DNA from: Octopus sinensis
Lineage: Eukaryota
Direction: 5' to 3'
NCBI RefSeq assembly: GCF_006345805.1
Contig: NC_043001.1
Span: forward strand, 37,324,001-37,388,000
Length of the DNA: 64,000 bases
The position numbers and the translations under genes were made by a program. Shown here in pieces: positions 39,733-53,090 of the stretch; position 1 is the stretch's first letter, and each line of letters begins with the position of its first letter. The notes under the pieces were generated by a model. That model saw only the letters and a list, made by a program, of their open reading frames with translations, searched no databases and was not told the DNA's origin.

Positions 39733-40061
39733 CTCTTTACTCTTTTACTTGTTCAGTCATTTGACTGCGGCCATGCTGGAGCACCACCTTTAATCGAGCA
39801 ACTCGACTCCAGGACTTATTCTTTGTAAGCCCAGTACTTATTCTATCGGTCTGTTTTGCCGAACCGCTAAGTGACGGGGACATAAACACACCAGCATCAG
39901 TTGTCAAGCGATGTTGGGGGGACAAACAGAGACATACAAACATACACGCACACACACACACATATATATATATACATATATACGACGGGCTTCTTTCAGT
40001 TTCCGTCGACCAAATCTACTCGGAACCATGTGGTTGGTAAACAAGCTACTTACCACACAGC
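39733..40061 (-). mobile_element. CORE-type SINE (internally deleted); an older plus-strand copy follows at ~40135-40495
   Basis: Shared family sequence. Confidence 0.85.
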
Positions 40062-40508
40062 CTATTTAATAAGTTACATTTTGTTGCTACAAAATAGCAT
40101 CCCAGTTAAGTTGGATGTACCAACCGATATATGTACAGGTATGACTGTGTGGTTAGAAGCTTGCTTCCCTACAACATGGTTCTGGGTTGAGCTCCACTGA
40201 GTGGCACCTTGGGTAAGTGTCTTCTACTCTAGCCTGGGGCTGTGAGCATATTTGGTAGATGGAAACTGAAAGATGCCTGTTGTATATATATATGTGTCTT
40301 TGCCCCAACCACCACTTGACAACCAGTGTTGGTGTGTTTACATTCCTTAACTTAGTGGTTCAGTAAAAGAGACCAACAAAACAAGTACCAAGCTTAATAA
40401 AATTAAGTACTGGGGTTGATTCATTCAACTAAAATTTCTTCAAGGCAGTGTACCAGTATTGCTGCAGTCTAATAATTGAAACAAGTAAAAGATATATGTG
40501 TATATATA

Positions 40509-40547
<39 letters not shown>

Positions 40548-40549
40548 TG

Positions 40550-40945
40550 TAGTCATGGCTGATGCTGGTGGCATGTAAAAAGCATCCTTCAAACATTGGG
40601 CCTCAAGGAGGCAATGAACGATAAGTGATTTTGACCTTTGGTGATATGCCGTGCCAAGCCAGGTGAAATCGTGGCCATGGCTGGTGTTGGTGTCACATAA
40701 AAAGTACCCTTTGGACATTGGGCCTAACGGAGGCAATGATAAGTGACTGAGACCTTTGCGATATGCCATGCTTAAGAAAATTTGTCAAGCCAAGTGAAAT
40801 TGGAGTGATGAATACTTGTAGTGGTTGGCATTAGGAAGGCACCCAGCAGTAGAAACCATGCCAAATCAGACTGGAACCTGGTGCACCCCTCCAGCTTGCC
40901 AGCTTCAGTCAAACTGTCTAATCCATGCCAACATGGAAAGCAGAT
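40550..40945 (+). mobile_element. Older RTE 3' end
   Basis: Degenerate units, ggttggcattaggaaggcacccagc module, (GAT)n tail. Confidence 0.8.
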
Positions 40946-41711
40946 GCTAAATGATGATGATGATATGAGAAAACAATATTAATTAAGTGAACTAACATTT
41001 CAACCATAGCATACAAATAAACATAAAACTACAACTGATCAAAAATTCTACAATAAATAAATTTATTTTTCTGCCATACTGTCAATGCCTAAACTCCTGA
41101 GACCATCTTGCTTTCTCAGTGAATTCCACATAAAAAAACTACCCAAATTTCTTTGGTTATGGACCTCTAACCTTACAGATAGAAAGACATAAGAAAAAGA
41201 GCTTTACTTTTTTAAAGTAATTGTAGGGTAGGTATGAGAGGCCAGATCTGGCTGGTTTAAACATAAAAAGAAATAAAATATTCTGGCCGGATATGGCCAG
41301 TTTACATACTAAAAGATTAAATATTTGTTATATCATTATGTTGGATCTACGACCAGTTTTGACACTATATTTGATAATGATGAAATATTCCATTACCTAT
41401 TGTAACTAAAACATACATATATTGGAATAAGGTTGATGGTTTGGATATCTTTTATTTATACAAATAACAGCATTGTGAGAGTGGAGAAAGGAAAGTGACA
41501 ATGATGGGATAAATGAAGAAAGTTAAAAAGGAAAATGACATTTGAAAATATATAATAAAGTGAAAAATACAATTTTATATAGGATGAGCATTGGGTGATA
41601 ACATTCACATGCATAACTAGTATTGGTTTATAAAAAAATTCTGACAAAATATTTAGCTTACAATTTATTTTCAATGTCATGTCAATTAAATTAGTGAAAT
41701 ATTTTATTGTT

Positions 41712-41755
41712 TCAAGTTTCTTTCTTTTCAAGTGTCATAATGAAATCCCATTCTT
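41712..41755 (-). CDS. THYN1: THYN1 last coding exon: (E)EWDFIMTLEKKET*
   Basis: Acceptor gtgaacag|AA completes G|AA; stop TGA at 41714-41712. Matches human EEFDFVLSLEEKEPS. AATAAA signals follow on the minus strand (tttatt at 41703-41708 and 41664-41669). Confidence 0.92.
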
Positions 41756-42356
41756 CTGTTCACAATAATATGCAAAAAAAAAAAAAAAGAATGATTAGAA
41801 ATAATAAAACTAGTAGTATAAAGGAGAATGCTTGTTATAAATATCAAGGTCTCAGATTTGAGTTCTCACATTTAAAATACATTAACTAGATTTCATCATT
41901 ACACAATAAAATGAGGTAGAACAATTGTTAAAGTTGTATGTGTACAAACTCTCAACTGTAAAATTCTATCTCTATTTTATTTCAAACATCTATGTACAGG
42001 TATAACTATTGTCCATGTAGCACTACCAATCTCCACCACTCTTATCAACCACTACCATCAAGATAAATTAGCAGTATTTATGTAGTCACTCATTCTGCAG
42101 CAGCCAAATTCTACATTAGATAACATCCTATCTTAAAAAATAACTGACGTTACTTTCATAGCATAAACAGCTATATGACCTGATCTTATTAAGCTTAAAA
42201 ACCCAGAAACCATTATAAATTTCTTTTAAATTCTCTTCACTTTATCTCTGCATATTTGATAAGGTGAATGTCTCCACCATCCACAAAACTTTACACAATA
42301 GTAACTGTTATTATATATCTGTCTATATATTTTTTATATAGTTTTTCCGATGGCCG

Positions 42357-42417
42357 GATAACTGAAGAGATGGTGGCGTGGATTTCCACCTCGGCATCCG
42401 AAACTTGGAGTTTTATC
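42357..42417 (+). ncRNA. Type I hammerhead ribozyme in a Penelope pLTR-like fragment
   Basis: Stem I GATAA/TTATC; core CTGAAGA 42362-42368; stem II GATG..CATC(C) with inner GGTGG/CCACC; GAAA 42400-42403; stem III ACT/AGT; predicted cleavage after GUU (42412). Confidence 0.75.
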
Positions 42418-44087
42418 TTTGCTACCGAATAATTGTCACATATTACTTTTACAGATAAATTCCTCTATTTACATATCGAGGTCTCTTTCTTTCTTTTGTT
42501 ATCTTACCATTTTTATCAATATCTATCTATCTATCTATATATATATATCATTTGTAGTATACTTCATATTTAATACTCTTTTCTGTAACTTATTTTGTAC
42601 TTCATCACCAAGTAACAACAGTTAAAACCAATAAAAGTTTCTTAGATTAGCAGGTCTCTTCAGACATCTCATTCAGTTATTAGATGTACCTTGAACAAAT
42701 ATAAACCAATACCATGACTAACACTGAATTGGAAGAATAACTTATACAGAAACATACTGCTCCACCCCCTTAACTCTCCCCTCAAGTCACATTTATTGAC
42801 ATCCCTTATTCTCTAAATTTTACCTTTCTATAATATTAGCCACCACTGAACCTCCCCAAACCACTAATTATAGATATACTTCACTGGCTCTCTCTCACTT
42901 CTCTCTCCATAATTATTGTCTCTCATTACACTGTCATTGCTGTCTGCCTACTATGAGACTCTCCTCATCATTCTTAACACTGTCTGTCTCTCATTTCTCA
43001 CTCCCTATACACTGTCATTTGATCACTGCTCACCACTCACACTCTTGCTTCTTTCTCCCTTCCCACCTTCATTCGTCTTCAGCTTTCACCCCATATTTTA
43101 CCTACTCTGTTGGTACCACTGACCTGAATGGTGACTATGTATAGTGGTGAGAAACACCACTCTCTTTCACTTGCAGAGTACAAGGTAACTTCACTAATGC
43201 TGGTGCCACAAGTAATGACAACATAGGGTTGAAAGAGATGATAACATATGATGTATGTTATTACAACGATAAACTACACCCAACACATTCTGTAAAGCGG
43301 TTGGTGTTAGGAAGGGAATCCAGTTAGAACCCATGACAAAATAAAGCATATGTGCAAAACATAACCTCCTCGTCTCAGGTCATTACAATGTGATCTACAT
43401 TAGCACAAAAAGTGAACTTTAAAGGATGACAATGGTTACACAATGAATATTTCTATTGGCCAGCATTGGCTACTCTTGTGCCAGCTAACTCTCACAATCA
43501 GAATGATTTATCATAAGTTAATTCTTCCATGGGCTACTAACTTAAACTTTATCTTTCTCATAATATGAACAACTCTTATAGTGGATGCCTAAAACCTTTT
43601 ATTTTAAGCTAATTACCATGTGAGACATTAACATAGCCCTACTTTAGAACACAAGGTTCATTTGTATTTTTACAAGCATATTTTCAAGAGTAGATTATAT
43701 GCCAGTCTCTACTTTTATATGCATCCAATATACACTGTAAAGTGGTTGGCATTAGGAAGAACATCCAGCCATAAAAACCATGTCAAAGCAGACACTGGAA
43801 TCTAATGCAAACCTTGGATACATGAGATCCAGTCAAACCATCCAATATGCCAGCATGGAACATGGATGTTAAATGATGATAATGATACTGATGAAGTTGT
43901 TTGTTCTTCTCTACATTTCATCATCATCATTTAACATCCATTGTCCATCAGTTATGAAAAATTCTTTGTTTTCAATGAGAACTGATTGTAGAATATCCTG
44001 AAAAAATGATTTCAAGAATAAACAAAGGCTAGTTATATTAGTGTACAATTTCCTTTGAGTTGTGAAGTATGAAACATTTCTTTGTAC

Positions 44088-44272
44088 CTTGTCTAATTGG
44101 TTGGACTGAAAGTCTTGCTTGGCAAAATAAAGCCAGATTCTTTAATGGACCACCATTTGCTTTGTGTTTGAAATGATATTCCTTAAGTAGTGAAAGAGGT
44201 ATAAAATTGTTCAATGTTCGAATATATTTCACGTCAACCATAAACCATTTAGGGTTAGCAGGATCTGATGAC
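44088..44272 (-). CDS. THYN1: THYN1 penultimate exon: SSDPANPKWFMVDVKYIRTLNNFIPLSLLKEYHFKHKANGGPLKNLALFCQARLSVQPIRQ
   Basis: Acceptor tttgctttag|G (phase 2, completes AA|G), donor CAA G|gtacaa (phase 1). Strong match to human NPKWSMVDVQFVR...GGPLKNMVLFTRQRLSIQP. Confidence 0.95.
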
Positions 44273-47112
44273 CTAAAGCAAAAATATAAGAAAAACAATA
44301 CTTTATGAATAAATATTTCCTTACCAAAATAGTTAGACTCTGATTCAATCTAAACAAAAATTATGCAACTTTTAACAATGCAGATTTTATCATTACATTT
44401 CAGCCTTAGATTTAACTCTTCATTGGTTGAGATGCCCCACTCATTGATGAATACTTTTTTTTAAGTGTGTTCATAAAGCATTTCACTGTGCTCATTAAGA
44501 AGGCCTGGTTCACCTAAAGTAAACACTAAGGAGATACTTCACAAGAGAGAGCTCAAATTTTCCTTTGGATTTGGTTTAGAGAACAAATGGCTGGCACCTA
44601 TTTTTTCTCTTCTAAGAAGTTACAACAGAAAGTAAAATGGGTTCCTTGCTTAAGAACATATATCTTTTTGAAAACAATTTTTAGAAAACTGGAAAATCAA
44701 GAGGAAAAAAAAACAAGTTTGAATTATAAAAAAAAAAAAAATACCTCTGCAAACATTATAAACCTGAAGATTTATAAAATATTTTGAACAGATTTCTATT
44801 CAGCACATTAACCATTGTTAATTATTTTATTTTAATTAATCAGAATTCTATAGCATTACCACATATTATAGGATTATTTGTTAGTGCAATACATGTATAT
44901 ATTTGCAAAATCATTGCTATTCAACTCATGAACTTCTTATAGTGCTAGTTTGTTGAATTTTGCATTCTAACAGAATGCATACTTTTAGCATTAAATAATC
45001 ACAATAACAATTATATTTTTGTTTACAAATATCAGTTAAATCACATGACACAGATTAATTCATTCAAACAGTTAAAATAAAATTGTTTTATTAATTTTTT
45101 TAAATTGTAAATATTTATAAAATAATAAGCAAACAATGATGGAACTCCACAATGTACGGTACGCAAAAAATAAAACGCCCACAACTAATTCAGTGAATCT
45201 TTAAAATATAGAGGTATTTACAAATTTTTTTCAAATTCAGCTTTTAAAAGCAAAGCTTGTGTAATTGAACCCACACATTTGTGTATGTGTGTATGTAAGT
45301 ATGTATATTTGGTTGGCAATATTTGTGGACCTGTGCACAGGTCCATTAGTCACAAGCAGAGCCACAAATGTAAAGTATAATTTTGTCTGAGTGCACAAGG
45401 TTCTTAATGGTTGGTGTTGGTTTTCCTCGGTCATAAGTGGGCAGCTATCATCATATTTTATGCATATGAGTCAGTCCCACCATCATCACCTGATACAAAG
45501 CCACCTCACTCAATTTGTGTCCCTCACTTAGTTGAGTGGGGTCTTGGGTTGTGAGTCACTTGGTGGTCTTTGCTGGTACTGGTGCCATGCAACAAACACT
45601 TTGTAGACTCTGTAAAGTAACTAGTTTTAGGAAAGGCATCCAGCCATAGAAACCATGCAAATGCAGACAATGGAGCCTGGTGCAGTCCTCTGGATTGCCA
45701 GCTCCTATCAAACCATCCAATCCACACCAGCATGGAAAACAGACATTAAATACAGTAAATCCTTGAGTATAATCTGCATTTATTTCCCTAAAATTTAAAG
45801 GTCAAAATCCCTAGTGCGTATTATATATGAGGTTAAAAATGAAAAATATTTTCTAAGCAATGTCTGTGCCTCTATTTGCTGACCGGCAATGTTTATTCAG
45901 ACGCATTTTGTGATGTCGGGCGCGAAAATACCTTAAGCTAAGCCTGAAAGCAATGAAGTCCTAAAAGAATCACCCATAACTTGCAGTAAGCAACATTTAT
46001 TAAAATAAAAGTATTCAGAACACAGAATAACATGTAACAAAAACAATTTGGAAACATATTTACATTCCCATATAACAGTTAAGAACATCACCATTATTGT
46101 ATTACGCATGCACGGAAGTGTTTGTTCAACTAGGAGCTGCTAGCTTAATTACGCACGACTCAAGTTAGAGAAGGAGTGTGTATTATACACAAGGTTTAGG
46201 TTTTTCAGAGGTACAGCCCCATAAAAATCCCCTGCGTATTATACTCGAGGATTTACGGTAATAATAATGATGATGATAATATATGTGTGTGTGTGTGTGT
46301 GAAGGCATGTGTCGCTTAATAGTTAGGATATTTGGCTCATGATTGTAAGATCCTGAGTCTGATATCCAGTGGCAAATTGTATCTTGAGCAAGATACTTTA
46401 TTTCACATTGCTCCAGTCCACTCAGCTGGCAAAAATGAGTAGTACCTGTATTTCAAAGGGTTGGCCTTGTCACATTCTGAATCTCCCTGTGAATGAGAAC
46501 TATGTTAAGGGTACCCATGTAAACTCAGCCACTTGCACATAAATTTTATGAGCAGGCTGTTCCTTTGATTGGATCAACTGGAACACTCGTCATCATAACC
46601 AACAGAGTGCCAGTTATATCTATAGAGTTATGGTATATTCTGTTAAGAATGTAGCAGAGTGCAGTATAAAGCTCGTCCACCTTCAGATTTGCCCTGTGCT
46701 ATCTAGTAGTAGTATTATATGTACTTCCATGTTTTGGGGTATTTGTTGAGTGTGAATAGATAATGGAAAAAATCAGAGTCAACAACAAAGAGTACGGTTG
46801 GATATTTATTTTTTAATCACTACAATTGTTTCCACGCAATGTAGTTCCCAAGGTGTACAGGTACTTGATTATGTAACTGCTTCCCAGGTGATATGTAAAT
46901 ATTGTTCAAAATCCTTGGCTTCAAGAACATCCTCTCTGCCTTTAGTAGTAGTCACTGAGCCCATCAAAGGTGTGTTGTTGCTGAAGGACCATTGGCAAAC
47001 TGCTTTGAATGTGTAAATGTAGTGGAATGGCGATTCTGCTACTGTTAAAGTGATAGCCATTTTAAAGGGATTGGCATTTGATTTCTTTGTACTGCCGATT
47101 TGTTCTTCATGA

Positions 47113-47324
47113 CTGGTTACATATGTGATTGTCCTTAGCTGACATCTAAGATTAGTAAAGCTTGAATACATATACACATACGCATGCATACACACCCACA
47201 TATATATTCATATATATATATATATATGAATATATATGTGGGTGTGTATGCATGCGTATGTGTATATGTATTCAAGCTTTACTAATCTTAGATGTCAGCT
47301 AAGGACAATCACATATGTAACCAG
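47113..47324. repeat. Perfect 212-bp palindrome centred on (TA)n
   Basis: Arms match base for base; c47209 pairs with g47228 and c47113 with g47324. Confidence 0.92.
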
Positions 47325-47564
47325 CAAATGCCAATCCCTTTATATATCAAAACATATATATGGGGTAGGGAGAGTGAAATCATATAGTATAAAGCATTTA
47401 CCTGCTGTATAAACACATTATAGAGTTATTTTAAAGCACACTAAGAAGAATATTTCTGAATACATTCAGTATTGTCAAAAAATTTTACACAATAGAGGGA
47501 CAGAAAATATAGAAATAATTCCATATTTATATATTTCTTTACTAACTTAACATATATTTTTAGT

Positions 47565-48154
47565 TATTTATCAAATGGGGCAGTATATTTGCAGCAATGA
47601 GGCTTTTTGGAGAATGTTTGCTTTCCCTATTCATGAATGATATTCTCCAGTGAAACAACTCTCTGTTCATTTAGAGAATGGGCAAAGAATTTATTTTACT
47701 ACAGAAACTGTTGCTCAGCAATCCCTAGCTCCAAGAGAAACTACATTAACAACATTTTTCAAACTTTGCGAGAAAGACTTTCTCTAAAATTCTGTTGTAC
47801 TATCAATCACCATTATATTATACATGGAACAAATAATGGAATCACAGAAAAAGAGGCACTGAGGTTGATGGTTATTCTGATATCTGATTTGAAAATGTTC
47901 TGGGAATCCAACTCAGCAGAAATGTTTTTATTTACGTTTGATTCTCCATGTAATTCATTGTCCCACATCTTTTATCACCCTTTGAACTGTTGATGGTTAT
48001 GTTTGTGCTTTGAATAGAGAAGTAGCTTTTAGGTTAGATTTGTTACAGGATGATAGTCATTGGACGGCAGCTATGCCAGAGGCTTGTGTGTCTTGCACAG
48101 GAGGCAATTTAAGAACACTGTTTGCCATTCTCCTTAAATACTGTAATTTAGGGG

Positions 48155-48190
<36 letters not shown>

Positions 48191-49800
48191 GTTTAGCGTC
48201 CGTTTTCCATGCTAGCATGGGTTGGACGGTTCAACTGGGGTCTGTGAAGCCGGAAGGCTTCATCAGGCCTAGTCAGATCTGGCAGTGTTTCTACGGCTGG
48301 ATGCCCTTCTTAACGCCAACCACTCCGTGAGTGTAGTGGGTGCTTTTTACGTGCCACCCGCACAGGGGCCAGACAGAGCTGGCAAACGGCCACGAACGGA
48401 TGGTGCTTTTCATGTGCCACCGGCACGGGGGCCAGTATCAATATGGCTAAGATACAGAAATTATCTTGTGGAAGATTAAAAATACCTGATTAATTACAAT
48501 GTTCTGGCACGAAAATAGAATACAGTGATGAAATCTACAATGCCACATAAATTGCCATTGAAGACAAAGTTGTTTCCATGAAAGGGAATGAATTGCATGA
48601 GTATGAACTTCTTCATACCAATCATTTTGAACTCGACAGTTTAATAACAGATCTATTAAATGGAACTTCCAACAACATTGAAGAGCTCTCAAGATATGTT
48701 AGTGAAAAGGAATCGAAATTGTTGCTTGAACAAAAAGTATTCTACAATATTATAGTAGAAAGGGTTACTGATTAAATGGGATGGCTTTTTTTTTTCTTGA
48801 TGCTCATGCAGGAACTGGCAGAAGACTTGTCACTGAGCTTTTACTTGCCAAAGTGCAACAAGAGAAAAAAGTACTTTACACCCGGGAGGAAGAACAGCTC
48901 ACTCTACTTTCAAATTGCCCTTGAATATAGCTAGCATTGAGACACCAGTTTGTAATATTAGCAAAACATCCAGGGTGGGACAAATACTAAAGAATTGTCA
49001 CCTCATTATTTGGGATGAATGTACGATGGCCAACAAGAAATCTTTGGAAGCTCTGAATCGAAGCTTGCAAGATTTAAGAAATTCTAAATTATTAATGGGC
49101 AGGGTTACCACTGTACTCTCAGGAGACTTTTGTCAGACTTTGCCTGTAATTCCAAAGGACACGAAGGCAGATGAGTAAACAGTATGCTTAAAGTCTTCTA
49201 TTTGTGGAGACACATAACCAAAATAAGCCTAACTAAGAACATGAAAGCCATTCTTTTGGGTGATAATTTGTCTGAAAAATTTGCTCAAAATTTATGGGAA
49301 CTTGGAGAAGGTAGTTTACCCCTAGATAAAAATAATTGTTTAGATATATTTCTAAATAGTATATCAGTCTCATCTCTCAATGAACTAATAGCAAGTGTTT
49401 TTTCCAAATTTTCAAGACCACCAACAAAACCATAGTTACTTATGTGAAAGGGCAATACTTGAACCAAAAAATGTCACTGTCAACACCATAAACAATAAGT
49501 TATTGGACAGCATTTCAGGAAATGCACAGACTTACAAATCTATAGATTGTGTAATGGCACTAGATAGGTAATTTAAAAATTAATGCTTCATATTATTCAG
49601 GCTGCTATTTTGATTGGGTGTTTTACGGGAGGAGAGGCACTTATACTGAGAGTACCTTTGATTCCATCTGACACAGAAATACCTTTCGTATTCAAAAGGC
49701 TACAATTTCCAGTGAAACTCAGCTTTACTATGTCTATAAATAAATCACAGGAACAAATATTATCTGCTGTTGGGTTACAACTCGAAGAACAAATACCATA
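47565..49800 (+). mobile_element. Decayed autonomous Helitron (Rep C-terminus plus PIF1-like helicase)
   Basis: YICSNEAFWRMFAFPIHE...QLSVHLENGQR (Rep); LIIWDECTM, VLSGDFCQTLPVI and RLQFPVKLSFTMSINKSQ (helicase). Many stops and frameshifts. Confidence 0.9.
48157..48435 (-). mobile_element. RTE 3' end inserted into a Helitron relic
   Basis: (CAT)n tail, terminal module and ~2 units interrupting Helitron coding sequence. Confidence 0.88.
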
Positions 49801-49963
49801 ATTAAGAGGTGAAAGGACAAGGGCTGAAAATAGAAATCTTAAAAATGAAATGCAAAAATGTATTCAGTATGGCAAAACAGTGTCATATGGCAGTTGGCTC
49901 CCAAGTATACCCTGGTATATATCTCTCTCTCTATATATATATATATAAATATATATATATATT

Positions 49964-49991
<28 letters not shown>

Positions 49992-50003
<12 letters not shown>

Positions 50004-50890
50004 AATAAGGTACTCAGAAATCTGGATGGTTGTACATTTACAGATTTTTATTAATATGTCACATGTTTTTATAAATCATATATTAGCGCTTGCATCAACT
50101 CTAGTAGATTCTTCAGATTTGAATTTTTGAGGGGACTCGTCTCTTTTTATAGTATTCTTGAGTGTGTAGGGGTGGAGAGAGACATAGGATAGTAAAAGAG
50201 GGTGAGGAATGGGGAGAAAGTGAGAGAGAAAGAGAGAGTGTGTGTGTGTGTACCTGTGTATCTGAAAGGAGTGTCAATGGAAAAGAGAAGGAAAGAAAGA
50301 AGGAAGAGAGAAAGAAGAAAAAAATGCATTTACATCTATACAGCTGGTCAGTTCTTTCAATAGAAAGTGATGAGTTGATTTTTGGCCTTTAAAAATGGCA
50401 AAACCAGGAGGCTACACACACCAATATTTAAATTTCTACTCCTGCCACCCATCCCACATAAAAAGAAACATTCCATATATATGCAGCATAGTGACTGAAT
50501 CACAAACAAGACTAAATGAACTTAAAAACTTCCTACTAGAACAAAAATACCCACTCAAATTAATAAAAAACATTTTTACTTCTTTCTCTCTTCTTCTTTC
50601 TTTCTTTCTTTTTCCCATTGACATTCCTTTCAGGTACACAGGCACACATACACACACTCTCTCTCACTTTCTCCCCATTCCTCACCCTCTTTTATTACCC
50701 TATAACTCTCTCCACCCCTACACAATAATACAATAAAAAGAGACAAATCCCCCCAAAAATTCAAATCTGAAGACTCTACTAGAGTAGATGCAAGAGCTAA
50801 TATATGATTTAAAAAACATGTGACATATTAATAAAAATCTGTAAATGTACAACCATCCAGATTTCTGTGTACCTTATTTTTACTAATATA
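49992..50890 (+). mobile_element. Penelope remnant: inverted pseudo-LTR, ORF fragment, pseudo-LTR
   Basis: Arms 49992-50326 and 50571-50890 are reverse complements. The spacer encodes THQYLNFYSCHPSHIKRNIPY...RLNELKNFLLEQKYP, the PLE RT C-terminal region. Confidence 0.82.
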
Positions 50891-50921
50891 TAATACCTGT
50901 ACATCACCTCCAAACCTTCTA

Positions 50922-50952
<31 letters not shown>

Positions 50953-51879
50953 CATACACTTCGCTTTCTATGTTTTAAATACTAGATATTGCAATTCAGC
51001 AAATAAAGTTTTTCAACATTGCAATTGCTTGTCACTTTTTTGTCCTGCTTAATTTTAAAGTTATGTATGGTATCTTAACGTTCCAGATTTTTTTACAGTA
51101 TGTTTCAAACATAGAAGATCATGATTCCACACAAAAATTAAGGGCTAGCATTGGGGGTCGGGTTAAGGATTTAATACCAGGGTTTGTATTGTAGTTTAGA
51201 TTTTAGGGATAAAATTAGGATTAGGATCTTGGATTAAGTTTTAAAGTTAGAGCAGAGGGTTAGCATTTAACATTAGGGCTTCATGTTAGCATTTAGGATT
51301 ACAATTTTGAGATAAGGTAAGGGTTAGTTTAAACAGAAATTGAAAAGGTATTCAAAAGATTTTAATTTGTGTAGAAAATTTTACAGAATTGAACTTACAT
51401 ATGTTTGGAATATGGATATAAGAAAAATAAAAAAGGTCTACAAAGCGTTCTTAGTCAGAAATTTTATTAAGTGTTTTTTTTTTGAGAATATTTACTGTAA
51501 GATAAAGAACTTTACGATGTTACTGTTAATTCTATTCTCAGAGTCATTAACTTGGGCAACGCCGGGTATTTCAGCTAGTGCGTGTGTATATATATGTGTG
51601 TGTGTGTGTATGTATGTATACATACACATACATATATATACACACAGATATGTGCACGCACTCACATACATACACAAATATATGTACATATACACACATG
51701 TATATACATACACAAATATATGTACATATACACACATGTATATACATACACAGATGCTTGTGTGTGCTTACACACACACACACATATATATTTACTTATG
51801 TAGGTACATACATATATATAGAGAAATACAACCCTACACACACACACACACACACACATGGATGGGGGAAGGAGGAGAG

Positions 51880-52330
51880 GGGGGAAGTTCGCTTATACCG
51901 AGAGTACCTTTGATACCATTTGACACAGAAATACCTTTGGTATTTAAAAGGCTACAATTTCCAGTGAAATTCAGCTTTACTATGTCTATAAATAAATTAC
52001 AGGAACAAACATTATATGTTGCTGGGCTACAACTCAAAGAACATTGTTTTTCTCATGAGCAACTGTATGTAGCATGTAGAAAAGTTGGAAGTGCATGCAA
52101 TTTTTTTTATATATGCTCCTTCTGGAAAAACATGTAACATTGTTTATAAGGAAATTCTAGATTTAGAATAAATAGTAAATAAGATGAACAAATACCATAC
52201 CGCAATTGAGATGCGAAAGGACATGGGCCGAAAATAGACATCTTAAAAATGAAATGCAAAAATGTATTTAGCTTGGCTAAACAGTATCATATGGCGGCTG
52301 GCACCCGAGTAATACCAGGTAGCCCTGATA
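51880..52330 (+). mobile_element. Second copy of the Helitron helicase C-terminus and 3' region
   Basis: IPRVPLIPFDTEIPLVFKRLQFPVKFSFTMSINKLQEQTL...FSHEQLYVA, a paralogue of 49640-49900. Confidence 0.85.
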
Positions 52331-52333
52331 TGT

Positions 52334-52375
<42 letters not shown>

Positions 52376-52675
52376 ACATGTGCATTTGTCCACTTTCCAT
52401 GTCTTAAATACCAGATATTGCAATTCTGCAAATAAAATTTTTTACAGAATTGAACTCACATATGTTTGGAATATGGATATCAAACTATATTCTTAAAAGA
52501 AGAAAAATAAAAATGTCTACAAAATGTTCTTAGTCTGAAATTTCGCTGAGTGTTTTTTTTTAAATTCTTGAAAATATTTACTATAAGTTAGACGAAGAGC
52601 TTTTTGATATTACTGTTAATTCTATCCTCTGAGTTATTAACTTGGGCAATGCTGGGTATTTCAGCTAGTATGTGT

Positions 52676-52686
52676 GTGTGTGTGTG

Positions 52687-52760
<74 letters not shown>
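52676..52760. repeat. (TG)n-(AT)n microsatellite
   Basis: About 30 AT units visible directly. Confidence 0.95.
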
Positions 52761-52763
<3 letters not shown>

Positions 52764-53053
52764 ATCGTGGCCTTTGCCAGTTTCGCCTGGCCCCCGTGCC
52801 GGTGGCACGTAAAAAGCACCATCTGTCCATGGCCGTTTGCCAGCCCCGTCTGGCACCTGTGCCGGTGGCACGTAAAAAGCACCCACTACACTCACGGAGT
52901 GGTTGGCGTTAGGAAGGGTATCCAGCCATAGAAACACTGCCAGATCAGACTGGGCCTGGTGCAGCCTTCAGGCTTCCCAGACCCCGGTTGAACTGTCCAA
53001 CCCATGCTAGCATGGAAAGCGGACACTAAATGATGATGATGATGATGATGATG
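52761..53053 (+). mobile_element. RTE 3' end inserted next to a long (AT)n
   Basis: 2 units, terminal module, (GAT)n tail. Confidence 0.9.
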
Positions 53054-53090
53054 AGCTCAATGATAAAAAGAACCCATCCTCCATTTCATA

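Noticed and set aside
45326-45345. Perfect 20-bp palindrome tggacctgtgcacaggtcca
   Set aside because: Chance expectation in 64 kb is not negligible (roughly 0.06), and it does not match the metal-response element TGCRCNC.
51160-51335. Interstitial telomere
   Set aside because: Only highly degenerate TTAGGG-like units inside repeat elements (also at ~57000 and ~19700); not a telomeric array.
51340-52137. 265-aa ORF as a gene
   Set aside because: A chance fusion of AT-rich sequence, (AC/AT)n microsatellite and a Helitron helicase fragment.
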